Origin: Balanoglossus misakiensis
Lineage: Eukaryota > Animalia > Hemichordata
Direction of reading: 5' to 3'
NCBI GenBank assembly: GCA_040954595.2
Contig: CM082584.2
Span: forward strand, 5,584,110 to 5,648,109
DNA length: 64,000 nt
Positions within the stretch are counted from its first letter, which is position 1. The number at the start of each line of letters is the position of its first letter. A program made the position numbers and the translations under genes. This document shows positions 12,001-24,251 of this stretch, in pieces. The notes under the pieces are model-generated. The model ran no database searches, was not told the origin of the DNA, and saw only the letters and a program-made list of their open reading frames with translations.

Positions 12001-15000
12001 CGAAGCCAGTTTCATGGCTTCTGACATGAAAAAAAATATAAAAAAAACCCTCATGTAATCAGTCAGAAAATGTTAGAAAACAAACCTATTAAAATATCTT
12101 ACCCCATATTGTTGAATGTCTCCACTAAATGGAAAGGGATCTGTCCAAATCAATTTAATCTCAGTGTCTGTGATATCTCCAACTTCTAGACTGGCGGGCT
12201 CCTGTGGAACTAGTAGAGTCAAAAGGGAAGAAAACAATTACATGTACTTCTGTGAAGTAGTATTATTCAATGTGGGAGTGGTTATACTGTACAATTTGAA
12301 GAAAGTTATTGCTGCAAAGGTTATGTTCGTGGAGATTAGCACCTTGGAATTTACGGTATGTATTGCCTCTTTTACAGAAAATATTCATCAGGGCCTGTTT
12401 AATCTTGCACAAGTATTGTTAGATTTTGGTCAAATACTGAATTGATAATGATATGTTTAAACTTATAATGCACATCTTCAGCATGCTGCATGGTGATGTT
12501 GCCAAGGTTTTTTTAAGTAACCTTCCCACTAGGGCTTATAACTTCATTTTTGACTGTACTGTAGTATGTATAGAAAACCACATTAACTTACTAATTGTCA
12601 TTATTGTTGTTGCACTTTTTTCATCACTTAAAGGTCCCATTCCTGGGGTTGTGAATGCTCCAACCTGAAAAATTGCAAATAAATATATATACATTGTACT
12701 ATTGTTTTGAACTTGTTAGTCAACGTACAGCACTTGTCTATTGGGAGACTTTTTCCCACAAAAGTACTCACCACCTCATTTGCATGTTTGACAAGGTTTT
12801 CTGTCCTCAACAAAATTATTGCAAATATAATCAACAATACATGTACATAAGATACATGTATATTAACTGTTAACTATTTGACAGAATAATAATTTTGTGG
12901 GGAAAGTTATGAAAATACATGTTATACCTGAACAGTATATGAAACATCCTGTGTAAGGTTGGTTATGAGATATGTGTTAACACCACCCAGATCTTCTGTC
13001 ACTTCTTTCTCTTTCTTTGTGTTTACATCGCTTGTTTCCCAGTAAATAATTGTATACTTTCTGATGATACCATTTACTGGATCAGGTATTAACCACTGCA
13101 CATCAATGGTAAACACTGCAGGACTCAATGTCACATTTCTTGGTTTGGATGGCACTGGGTGCATAGAAAACAGTGTATCAGTTATTTACCTGTTTTTCTG
13201 GAGTGTGCTGTTGAAGGCATTAGACTGCCATGGGTCTGTTAGAGATTAAGTTCTACAGGGCCTGAAAATTCATAAAATGTGCTAATTTCAATGATAGCTT
13301 GGTGTAAAAATGCACTTTTTTGTGTTCAAACTGAAATGTTCAGCTCCTTTCACAGGTCTACACACACTGTTCAATATCTTTCACAAACATATACTGATGG
13401 ATTTGTATACTTTGTATACAGAGACCATGAGTTGAAGTAGTGATATGAAATGATTAAATGTTTCTCAGGATTTACAAATTGGTTCCTCAACTCACCATCT
13501 TCAGCTGTTCTTTCAGTTGACACTGGACTCCACGGGCTTTGTTCATCTCTGTTATCAAATGACACTATCACATCATACTCAGTGTATGCCAGTAATCCAT
13601 CAATTATGAAAGTACGTGCAGTTCCATCATTCACCACTAACTCAGTGTATTCATCATGAGTGTTTGTTTTCTTGTACTTCAAATTGAAACACTCAATGTA
13701 TCCATCAGGATTACATTTGATCTTTAATGTGTCAGGTACCTGTCATAAAATCAAAAGTTGACAGCATAAATTACACTGTAACCATTAATCTTTAATAATT
13801 ATAAAACTAATTCCATATTATTGATGCTTAATACAGAGGAGAACCTACAGTTCTATAGGCCAATAGTTCCTAGTTACCGTAATCAGTCTATTAATTCAAC
13901 CGCTCCATTAATTCAACCACCCACTATTCTTTGGAAAATTAATTATTTTATAACCTTCAATTGTTTGACCACTGATTAAATGCATGTGTTGATATTGTGT
14001 ATTTTTCATGAAGATATCTGCAACTTAAACCTTCCAAGGTATTCAGAACTCACTGATTTTATTCTGTGTGACCTTAAACAGTTCAATTCTATCATAAATA
14101 TCACCTAAACTACATGCTGCTGGTGCATACAGTTCATGCCATGCAAACATGCCCCCTGAAAAAGTATTCAAGCACTTTGAGTGGCCATTTTTGTTTTATG
14201 TTATTTTTATTCTATTAGTTTAGCTTTTCACAAATCATATTTATTTTTTTCTGGTCGAACTGATGGAGTGATTACGGTAAGATGTTTATTTGATATGGAC
14301 TGTCTCACAGCCCCTTTTCTGGCTACTCAGATGTTATATTTTTCTGACCACCCTACTAGCCAACCAAGCTGGCAAAAGTAGTGTTGTTACACAATCCTCT
14401 GCTACCTCTGTCCTCTGACAGGGGCATCAGTATACAGCAGAGAATGAATTTAACCAGAATAGCTGGCTAGAGACTGTAAAAGAGTCTACATGCACTAACA
14501 TTTATGCCACTTTATGAGGATGTATATATATAAAAAATATAGAGTAATACGAAAATACCATAAACTTGGAAATTTTCGCAAACGAATTTTCGCGAACTTC
14601 GAAAGAGTCAAATAAACATGAAAATAAAAGTCACAAAAGAACAATGTGTGATTTACATTGTGAAACATAACACACCGTCTCAGCTCTTCAAAATCAAACA
14701 GACAAACACATGCACACATTATTTTGCTACACATTGCGAAATTTGTTTGAACATCAAGGTTTGTGGCCAAGAATCTTGCTACGAATGTGACAAATAAGCA
14801 TACAATAGAAATTTTTCAGAGATATACTGATCGATGCAGTTAGTGAAAATACAACGAAAATTTCCTGTTGTGAAAGAATTCTGGTTTACAGTAAAATGAA
14901 CTAACTACTGGAAAAGGTATGACTCTCTCCTCAGCTCGGACGTCAGTCAGTATCATAGTAACTATACCCCCTTTTCAATGATGCCATGTGGGAATACAGA

Positions 15001-18000
15001 AGTACCGGTAAAAAGAGTACAAACCAGTCCCTACCTCCACTGTAATTCCAATCTCATTGGGGTCTGTTGATATTGCACTTTTAATTGTTGGTCCTTCCGA
15101 GGGAACTGAAAAAAAGTATATCTTTATGTTGAAGGAAGTTTGCGCAATAATAACTGCACATATCCTTAAATGTCACTGTAATGAAATACTTTTCTCTCTA
15201 GCTATGTTGTTAGCTTAAACAAATGGCTGATGACATCATACCAGTGGCTCCCATGAGCCTTTTAGCACCCATTGGCTAGCTTTAATTGGCTATTTCTGCA
15301 GCTGTTTGCCTGCGCATGCGATTTATAAGCAGAAAGTGAAAAATTGGCCAAAATGGAAAATATAAATTTCACGCAAATTATCAACATTAGATGATGATTG
15401 GACATCTCATGTCATGATCGGCAATAGTTTTGATTTTGTGAAACACATCAACTGAAATCAAATTGTCCTGATATGCGGTTGGCCAATTCTCTGAGGGTGC
15501 ATATATCACTTACCATCACACAGTGTAGTGGCTGTGGTAACAATTTCCTTGCCCCCTTCTCCCATTGGTCCAGGTCTCTTGACAGTCACTGTGAAATCAT
15601 AACTTGTAGACCAGTCTAAACCAATGATGTCTGTGTTGTAACTTGGTTGATCAGGATCAGATATTGTAATTGTACCATGAGATGTCCAATCATCATCTGA
15701 TGTCCTTTTGTAGTAAACTGAGTATTCTTCTACGGGTCCATCACCAACATCATTTCCTGACTCCCATTTCTGCCAGCTTACAGTTGCTTGAGTTGCTTGT
15801 GCTGTAACGCCTGGTTTGTTATTATCTGCAAATCTTGGTAGTGCTGAATATTCAAACCATAGAAATAAAATTCTATAATTACAACATGGGAAAAATTAAG
15901 ATCTCATAAAATGATTAAATACAAAACATCATGGGTGTGAAGTTATGGAATTGGAACTAAAGCATTGATAATATTGACTTTCACTTACCATACAATTCAA
16001 GGGATAATGACTGAAAAACATAGGGAAAAGGAATAATGTCCACATAACAATTATAGATCTGGACAATATCCACAGTAACTCTTGCATTTGCTGTGTATTG
16101 ATAATCTGCTCCTTCTTGAATATCATCAAATTCTGTAAATGCTGTTGATCCATTGAGGAAATATCCCATTTGATTCTGTTGTGGAGTTGGATTGCCTCGT
16201 CCTTTACATGTAAAGTGTGTCTCTTCACCTGGGTTTACTTTCGTATTCTTGAATTCTATTAATTTTGGAGAACCATCTGAAAATTGAAGCCATTCATTCA
16301 TATTACATTCTCAATAAAAACAATACAAATAGGTCTACCGGTAGTTTTTAATGAAAATTGATAATCAAGATCTGACAAAGTATTATGTCTCAATAACTCA
16401 ACTGTATCAGTGATACACTGATCCTTCAAGTGAAAAGTCACAGGCCATAATGATTAGGTACACTTCAACATCAAATACACATTAACCCCCCCCCCCCCCC
16501 CAATAACAACAACTACTACAACAACAACAAACCAAATGGTGCCGGTACAGCCAATAGGGGTGTATTGTGCAAGTATAATCAACATGTATAGCACATTAAC
16601 ATCAAAGACTAATGACTTCTCCACTGAAAATTACCATAAGGTACAGGTATGTAGAAGCAGCCCAAGTCAATTGTTCAATTGTTCTGAGAAGTTTAGCATC
16701 CTAACAAAATATTTTCAAAGGTATCTAATTACTTTAAAAGAGAAAATCCTAATATCACACATTAGGACCGGTATAAACGTCGAATACAGCTACAGGTTTG
16801 TTTTTTTAGGTCACAGTAATGAAAACATTGTGCAGGTAATATGCATTGCCACCTAAAGTTATCGACATATTGGTTATTAAGTAATCAAGCTTTAACTGTC
16901 TCATGAATATTATCTACCAATACATGAAATGGTGGTATGTTAACTTCATGCAGTAACTAACCTTGTTGACAATGACCATTTGCAAATTGAGGATCAATCC
17001 ATCCTGGACCACATTGTATGTTTGAACACACACCAGTTGTCCGGTTGCATGCTGCATCATCTTTGCAATGGCAGTCGTAATTACACAGCTCACCATAGAA
17101 ACCAGTTGGGCATGAATCAGGGACTATATAAAGAAATATGCTGATATATTAAAGGGACAAAGTCTCTCTTTCGCTGCCCTTTTTTCCATTAATTACATTT
17201 GATACAAGACACTGTTTGTTATTCTACATGTGGATATATAGCGAATGAACGTTCAACCACACACAACTTCCATCCCTCTTATAGACAGGAGAGTGAAAAA
17301 ACTCGCATTTTGGGCGAGTTTTTACTCTCATATCATACAAGTGGGATGGAAGTTTTGTGTGGTTGATCATTGATTCACTATATATCCACATGTACATTAA
17401 AGGGGAAATCCGCTGTAGCTGATTTCTACATAATTTGGTAGCTTTGATGTCTCTCTTTCAGAAAAAAACATATTCGCCATGTATATAGGTCGCGCGATTT
17501 TTTACAAAATCTAGGGAAAGTTGGCAGAATTTCCAATATGGCGTTTACTGTAATTTGAATCATGGGAAAAAAGCGCCAGGACCAACTTCCGCCCACCTTG
17601 GTTTGGGTGATACCATTTACCGATTGGTGTCACTGTGTCACAAGCTAAGCGTATTTGCATATTTTTCATGGGTTATAGCTCATGAAAACTGTCAACAGAT
17701 GACAAATTTTCGACTTTGCTGATGATTGTTTATCAACTGATGCAAAGAACAAACAATAGCTATGAAAATACGCCTAGTCTGTCGCCCAGTGACACCAATC
17801 GGAGAATGGTATCACCCAAACCAAGGTGGGCGGAAGTTGCTCCTGGCGCTTTTTTTCCCATGATTCAAATTACAGTAAACGCCATATTGGAAATTCTGCC
17901 AACTTTCCCTAGATTTTGTAAAAAATCGCGCGACTTATACATGGCGAATATGTTTTTTTCTGAAAGAGTGACATCAAAGCTACCAAATTATGTAGAAATC

Positions 18001-21000
18001 AGCTACAGCGGATTTCCCCTTTAACATAAACAGTGTCTTGTATCAAACATAATTATGGAAAAAAGGGCAGCGAGAGAGAGACTTTGTCCCTTTAAACAGA
18101 GATGATTTTACTAGTATAATGATAACATCATCAATTATAATGTCATTAATTATTATTTAGCTAAATTATTTGTTCAAAAGTCGTTATTTAACATACTTAT
18201 ATGTATGTAATTATAGATTTGCAAACCATTTAAGTCCTGACAATTTATTTATAAATAATTTCAAGTCGATTCAATTATATATTTAAAATGTATTTAATGC
18301 TCTTTTATTTATATATAATAAATTATTTATAAACAATGTCAGTGTCAGTCTATTATATATATATCATGAGTGATTTACATAATTATTTATATATAATTAA
18401 TTATTTATAAATAATAAAAATGTAAGTGTATTATATATATATCATGAGTGATTTACATAATTATTTATAAATAATTTAAGTGCAAGTCTATTATTTACAT
18501 ATAATGAATTACTCACATAATTATTTATAAAAAATGTATTATATATAAATAAGTGATTTCTAAACCATGAAAAAATGCACTCGCGCCGTTTGTCAACTTA
18601 TTATTTAATGCCTTTCATTATTTACGCCTGTTCACACAACCCCTTGCTTTTGGATCATTACGCACACATATAGTCCCCACACGCGAGAGAGTATTTCTAA
18701 TGTATTCTAATCTAGTAGGACTTTTAACTTACTATTACAATATATATATATTATTTATTGAAGAACAGCACGTGTACACATTTAATACCAAACAGAAAAA
18801 TCACTTACCCTGACAATTTGTTCCACTCCACCCTGACTGACATACACCTCCACTGTTACATGCACCAGTTTCTTTGTTACACCCATTGGTGCAATGACAT
18901 GTCTGTGTACATCCAGAACCATATTTGTCACTCCAACTGTGACACTCTGTGATAATAAATTTAGAGAAATACTTGTGTTTGCACCAAATAAAAGGTGTTA
19001 TTTTCGTTGGCCAATTTCTCAATTTATCATACTCTCTAACACTCTTTCTTTGCAAGGAGTTGGTAACCCCAACTGCAGACTGTACACTACATGTCTACAA
19101 TAACTTTAATAGGCCTGCTGTTACAGAGACCACCAGCTATTCTATTACTAACTACCAGTGACAGATCAGTATGTGTCTGCCTGTCGGTCCCTGATTGAAA
19201 GAATTAAGTTGCTTGTCACATGTTTGTACAGACATTTTTTTGGACAGACAATTTTTGGTCAATAAAACAATGTTTCTAGAACCCCCAAGATTGCCATGAC
19301 ACATGATAATTGACATGTTCCTAGTTAATTTTTTTTACATTTCTATATTTCTATATAGTTTAATAGGTTATATCTGCTTGCCAATATCACTGGCATTTTG
19401 GAAGTAATATGTAATGCAAAAACTAATGGAGATGTAAGATGTACATGTACCGATATAATTTTATCCAACCATGCATTCACTCTTCTGATATTGATGATTA
19501 TACAGACACACATACTTTAATTGTACGTAGGTAGCCATATTGGATTATATTGAAAAAGAAAAAAAATTTCTTCGGGTGAGTCAAATGTCAAATCCATAAA
19601 TCACCATCATATTTTGCTTTAAAGCCTCTAGAGCTACCACTTTTTGCATTATTTTCATGATTTTATTTTCCAACTTAAATTGGTCCATCTACCGGTATAT
19701 GTAAGATTACTGATAGGTATACATGAACACTTTATCGATGCCCGATTGTGACTGCATGTTGCAATTTGAACACACTATGTATTAAACAGGTGCTGCACCG
19801 ATTTAATCAGCCTCCATACAAACAGTACGCAGCTATCGTGGTATGCATCGCCAAGAGATGACAAACTGATGCAAATGCAAGAAATATGGCTTAATGGTGA
19901 AGATTTTAGAGGATAGGGAATAGATTTGAAGTATTTTACTGTGGAAAAAAATATGTGAAATTTGGCAGCTATAGGGGCTTTAAAGGGAGCTAGCTTTAAA
20001 CAATATACTTACCAGTAGAACAATCTAGTCCTGTGTATGGTGTACTGCATGAACACCCATAGGGATCAGCTATGCAAACCATTATTCTGCGACATCCGTC
20101 TGGATCTGAACTTGAACATGCCTGATCACATTCCATTCCCCAGCTATTCTTACCACAGCCTGGTAAACAAGTCAATTTGTAAAAGAGAAACCAAGCTGCA
20201 ATGACACTCCATTCCATAAAATTAATTCATTATTTGCGGGACAACTATTTTCCTGTTCCACACTCATTTTCCCTCCCTATGTGTAATTGAATCACTGTGT
20301 AAATTAATTTACACTTGATCTTTACTTGTTTTGGGAATAAGCATCATTTTCAGTCAACAAGAGCAGACCGACATTGTACTGAAAGATCATAAGATGGCGA
20401 GTTTAACATTGGAATAAAGATTTGTATGGATAAACATTAGAAAACACCATGCACAATCCCAACAAGCACCATCCACAGCAGAACCAAGATATGTCAATAT
20501 CAATTTGTGAGCCATCAATAATTGTGGGCTCCATCAGATCTGGAGAAGACTTGTCAATTCCAATCAAGCCTTGCTTGGGTATTCACAAACATAATCACCC
20601 CCCCCCCCCCACACACACACACAGACATTTTTTAATAATTAAACTCACCAATTTCACAATTACTTCCCATGAATCCAGGCGGACATATACACTCACCAGT
20701 GTCAGAGTTGCATATTCCTCCATTGTAACATGTTGGACATGAAGACAAACAGTCTGGTAATCCCCATTTTCCATTTGGACAACCTAATATGAGATAGAAC
20801 TATAATTACATGTTTTTTCTTTTGACTTAATGTTCCTTTTTGTGGTAAATGAAGGTAGCCCATGCTTTTAACATTTAATTGATATGTTTAAAATCAGAAA
20901 TAAATGCAATCTGCAATAATCATGTCAGTATTTAATATGTCAGGACAAATATGCTAATTGTTCGTTTCTGCTCATCAGGTCTTGGTTACCAAGTCGTTTG

Positions 21001-22794
21001 AACACCCACCACCCAGTAGGAACAGTATGCAAAGATGAGAGGGATACTATTTCAAAACATTCTGTCTTTTCAGGTCACATAAAACAAAGTGAGATTGTGT
21101 TCAAAGGTTAATAAATGTCACATACATAACATAATTTAATGATAACATTGGTTGGAAAAGAATATATTTTATTTGATAAACCACAACTTATAAGTTATTT
21201 ATACAGTTCTGTTTTAAAACTGGGTTTTATTACCATATCAATTCAGTCAGAAATTTGAAGAAGCAAGTGCAGATTTTGTAACAATTTAATAAGCACATTT
21301 CTTATCATTGGATAATTTGACATGACAATTGCGTTTATCGTTATGTGTTCATTACCTCTGACAATCAGTCTCATAAATCCATGTAATCCTTGACTTCGTT
21401 GGTTGTCATCTGTGTAACATTCATAGATTCCTGCATCACTGGTCTTTGCAAATAATATTGTAATATTCCTCTGACCATTCCATTGTGTTTTCTCTATTCC
21501 ATCATGTCTCCATTTCAATGATGATTCAGCGATGGATGTTGTCATGGTCAATGTTACATCTTCTCCAAAACTCACTGTTTTGGTTTGACTCTCTGGTTTG
21601 ATTTCAGCTGACAGATGCACAGAGACAGATAATTGGCCTTCATTTTAACAGGCATATTGATTCAAATTGCTTAAACTACTAAACGATATCTTCAAATCAT
21701 CAATAAAATAATTTTATTTGCCAAAAACAGAACTTACATGCATGCATGCTCATATATGTAACAATATCATCGTCAAAAATGCACAAATTCATCCATCCAT
21801 GTCCACACATGAAAACTATCCACTTTCTAAAATTTATGATTTATAACATTCAACTAATCATAATCACAAAGAAATAATGCCAAGCAGTCAGATTCCTAAC
21901 TTACCAGTTCTAGCAACCACTACCGTTATCAGTCTCTCAGTTTCTCCAGTGTTAGCATTGGCATCACAGTAGTACACACCAGGTTTGCCAGCACCAGCGG
22001 GTAATCTGAGTTTTCTTGCATAATCATCGAAGTTTTGATATGAATAGCCTACAGGTAGTGCACCTCCTGTGCCTGTATCTAGGATTCTTCCAAAGGCAAA
22101 ATTTGTGCCTACAGTATATATGGTATCACCACCTGAGTATCCACCAATGAAATGTCTAGTACCACTTAAACTTGGTAATGCATAACCATTATAGAAGGTG
22201 ACATCTAACCGAGCAGCTGCAAAAACAAGTAAGTTTTTCTAACCATCAACTTTATGTCATTAATTAGAAAAGTGGGAATATATTTGGTCCCATTTGGTCT
22301 ATGTATATTTACCTGTGGGACCTTGAGGGATTGGTTGAGTCAGTCTGTCTGTATGATGTATGTACGGTATGTACCCCCAGCATGTACTGGTATGTACATG
22401 TATATGTACAAAGTATGCGGTTCGACTGGTCCAAAAGAAAGTGCTCAATACCCGTAGTTAACAAAAAATCCTACCTGCACTGTTGCTTTCCTGCATGCAC
22501 CTCCAAATACAACACTGTGACAATGTTTTCCATGATTGACATGGCAGTTACATATTGCTACTCTTTTGACTTGTTGGTGGTACACAGAAAATTGCACACA
22601 TGATCTTTTTAGAGGCAAATGTACAGTTGTATGCTCAGTGACCAAACTTTTATGTTTCACACTCTCTGTATATAGAAGAGGGTCAGTTCAGAGTCAGAGA
22701 GCATAAGAATCTTACAATTATTTGTATCTCATAACTTACCTGTGAATGCCAATGGAATGAACAAAATCAAGCTGACAAGTCCATTTGCATGCAT
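4671..22794 (-). CDS. Tie-like ectodomain receptor with a single D2-type protein tyrosine (pseudo)phosphatase domain, 29 coding exons, about 1495 aa
   Basis: Hand-spliced GT-AG exons give a closed frame of 4488 nt. 22740-22794 signal peptide [18 protein letters not shown]; 21905-22216 Ig1; 21356-21607 Ig2 (DAGIYEC..FMRLIVR); EGF exons 20649-20783 ([29 protein letters not shown]), 20013-20159 ([10 protein letters not shown]), 18809-18946, 16962-17123; Ig3 15989-16276; FN3 exons 15514-15843 ([23 protein letters not shown]), 15035-15105, 13496-13739, 12928-13154, 12592-12664, 12103-12209, 11612-11807; stalk 10929-11055, 10459-10717 (RRRR; YYITA..FIIGDG..GYNNVPL), 10198-10243; TM 9641-9758; juxtamembrane 9419-9495, 8859-9031, 8329-8475; PTP exons 8019-8118 ([10 protein letters not shown]), 7663-7742 (DYINASF), 6601-6735 ([16 protein letters not shown]), 6083-6199, 5655-5809 (ITVHCI), 5124-5259 (NGIGRSG..MVETL), 4671-4751 (EQYQLCY..stop). 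Confidence 0.9.
5956..6004. repeat. (ATTG)n microsatellite
   Basis: Near-perfect attg run in a PTP-domain intron. Confidence 0.9.
6251..6329. mobile_element. Tiny piggyBac-type MITE (TTAA TSD), copy 1
   Basis: ttaa|CCCTTTCACC...GGTGAAAGGG|ttaa. CC..GG ends with a TTAA duplication are the piggyBac signature. Confidence 0.75.
6859..7658. mobile_element. PIF/Harbinger (Tourist-like) MITE, about 800 bp, copy 1
   Basis: TIR of about 40 bp (GGCTGCATTCACAAACACCTCTGGAGGGGGGG..), 3-bp TSD TTA at 6856-6858 and 7659-7661, no transposase ORF. Confidence 0.9.
7780..7922. mobile_element. Short TA-flanked MITE (Tc1/mariner-like) with ttttcgcg repeats
   Basis: ta|CTATAAAACACTTT...AAAGTGTTTTACAG|ta. A more degenerate relative may lie at about 14555-14893. 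Confidence 0.6.
9266..9338. repeat. Dispersed repeat fragment, with an inverted homolog at 59786-59857
   Basis: ggcccagcaccggtgctacactgtcgtaaactgtccagtctgaacccc matches the reverse complement of ggggttcagactggacagtttacggcggtgtagcaccggtgctgggcc. Confidence 0.75.
17153..18091. mobile_element. Kolobok-like palindromic MITE (outer element), interrupted by a nested MITE
   Basis: ttaa|AGGGACAAAGTCTCTCT..GCTGCCCTTTTTTCCAT ... ATGGAAAAAAGGGCAGC..AGAGAGACTTTGTCCCT|ttaa. A TTAA TSD with AG..CT ends fits Kolobok better than piggyBac. Confidence 0.8.
17401..18020. mobile_element. Kolobok-like palindromic MITE (inner element, 620 bp)
   Basis: ttaa|AGGGGAAATCCGCTGTAGCTG...CAGCTACAGCGGATTTCCCCT|ttaa, with near-perfect inverted arms over 200 bp long. 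Confidence 0.85.
18150..18560. repeat. Very AT-rich degenerate tandem repeat
   Basis: Recurrent taattatttataaataat. The unit tattatatatatatcatgagtgatttacataattatttata appears at about 18351 and 18430. Confidence 0.6.
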
Positions 22795-23440
22795 TTTGAC
22801 AAATTATTCACATCTTGCTCCCTTGGACTTTCCGGTACATGGAGTATGCATGTTGGCAGGTTTGTTTGCAACACTTTCACTCGCTGTCAACATTTGCCCT
22901 TGGGGTTAAGGCTATTTCTTTGTTTCGCATGCTTTCACACGTTTGAAGCTAGAATTTAGGTTGCATACCAAACATAGTTTGACAGCATTAAGTGTTTGAG
23001 AGTTTCATCATAACATTTACGCTTTCATAATTCATTCATAGACATAAGAAAACCATTGGTAGTGTTTTCCTGGTGTGTGCATGCTCCAGCTTACTTACCA
23101 GGAAATATTGAAAAAATAATCCAAAACTTACAAAGACCTTGTTTTCTCCATAGATCTCAAAATACAACAAAACAATGATTGCCAGCATACACATATAAGA
23201 GTTAATTATTTCAACTTTTGTCACTTTTGGTGAAATGATTGGAAAATTGCTCACAATTTTTCAATTTGCGCAAGCAGAAGCATGGGTTTCAATCAAGCAT
23301 AAATGTACTCCAGCAAACCACTTCTCCTATTTATAAAGCTATAAGAAATAAGTCACCTGTCAAAATCTTGCGCATAGAGACACAAATGAAAAACTGTAAT
23401 ATATGACAGATTGCACAACCATTTGTGCCTCAAAACTTAC

Positions 23441-23489
23441 CTGTCAATGCCACCGACATGAACAAAAACAAGCTGAGGAGACTATGCAT
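23441..23489 (-). CDS. Alternative (duplicated) signal-peptide first exon of the Tie-like/PTP receptor
   Basis: Reads ATG-HSLLSLFLFMSVALT-g|gtaagt, phase 1 like the proximal leader 22740-22794. Both share the gtcaaaATGCAT start context and homologous upstream sequence. Confidence 0.75.
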
Positions 23490-24007
23490 TTTGACAAAGT
23501 TACTTCACAGTTCCTTGACCAAGCCCATCATTACTTTTACGTGTGTCTGTTTGTGGTCACGTGATCCATCTGGGGACTAGCTTAGGTCATACATGTATAG
23601 GCCATATTGTTGATGTCTGTGTTTCATGTACTCGCGCTTGAAAGCTAAAATTACGTTGAATGCCAAATAGAATTTTAAAGTCATTCTTGTGTCTCTTATC
23701 AAAACATTTGTACTTTCTAGGTTGTCATGTGTTTTATTTTATATAGGAAACTGAAAAATGAGCAGTGGGAAAAACACATATACCAGGCTGGGTTACCTAT
23801 AATAAAATTTTTAGTTGCCTTTCCCTTTTCCATTCTTATTTCCTGATGTGAATTATTTTGATCCTGTGTACTTCCAGTTTTCACCAACATGTTTATGTTA
23901 TCACACCCCATGCTTCATATTTACCCTTCAGTATTAAAATGCTTGTAAAACTCTTATGCGATGAGGAAGTTAATTTTGTTTGCAGAGTAATATAGTACTT
24001 GGGTTAA

Positions 24008-24251
24008 ATGGACACAGTCTCTCTCTCACTGCCTTTTTCATTAATTATGTTTATAGGATTTAGGAGTAAAAATCTCGTCAAAATGGTAAACACCGATTAT
24101 TCATTTTGGTGAGTTTTTCACTCTCATGTCTACAAGTGGGATGGAAGTTGTGTGTTGTTGAACGTTGATTCACTATATATCCACATGTACATTAACATAA
24201 ATATCAAACATAATCAATGGAAAGGGGCAGCAAGAGAGAGACTTTGTCCCT
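24008..24251. mobile_element. Second, internally deleted copy of the outer Kolobok-like MITE, without the nested insert
   Basis: ttaa|atggacacagtctctctc...agagagactttgtccct|ttaa. Contains the empty site catgtacaTTAAcataaa at 24192-24195. Confidence 0.75.

Noticed and set aside
18150-18560. Spaced AT-rich repeats as a CRISPR-like array
   Set aside because: Units are degenerate and low-complexity with no unique spacers or cas genes, and the context is a eukaryotic intron.
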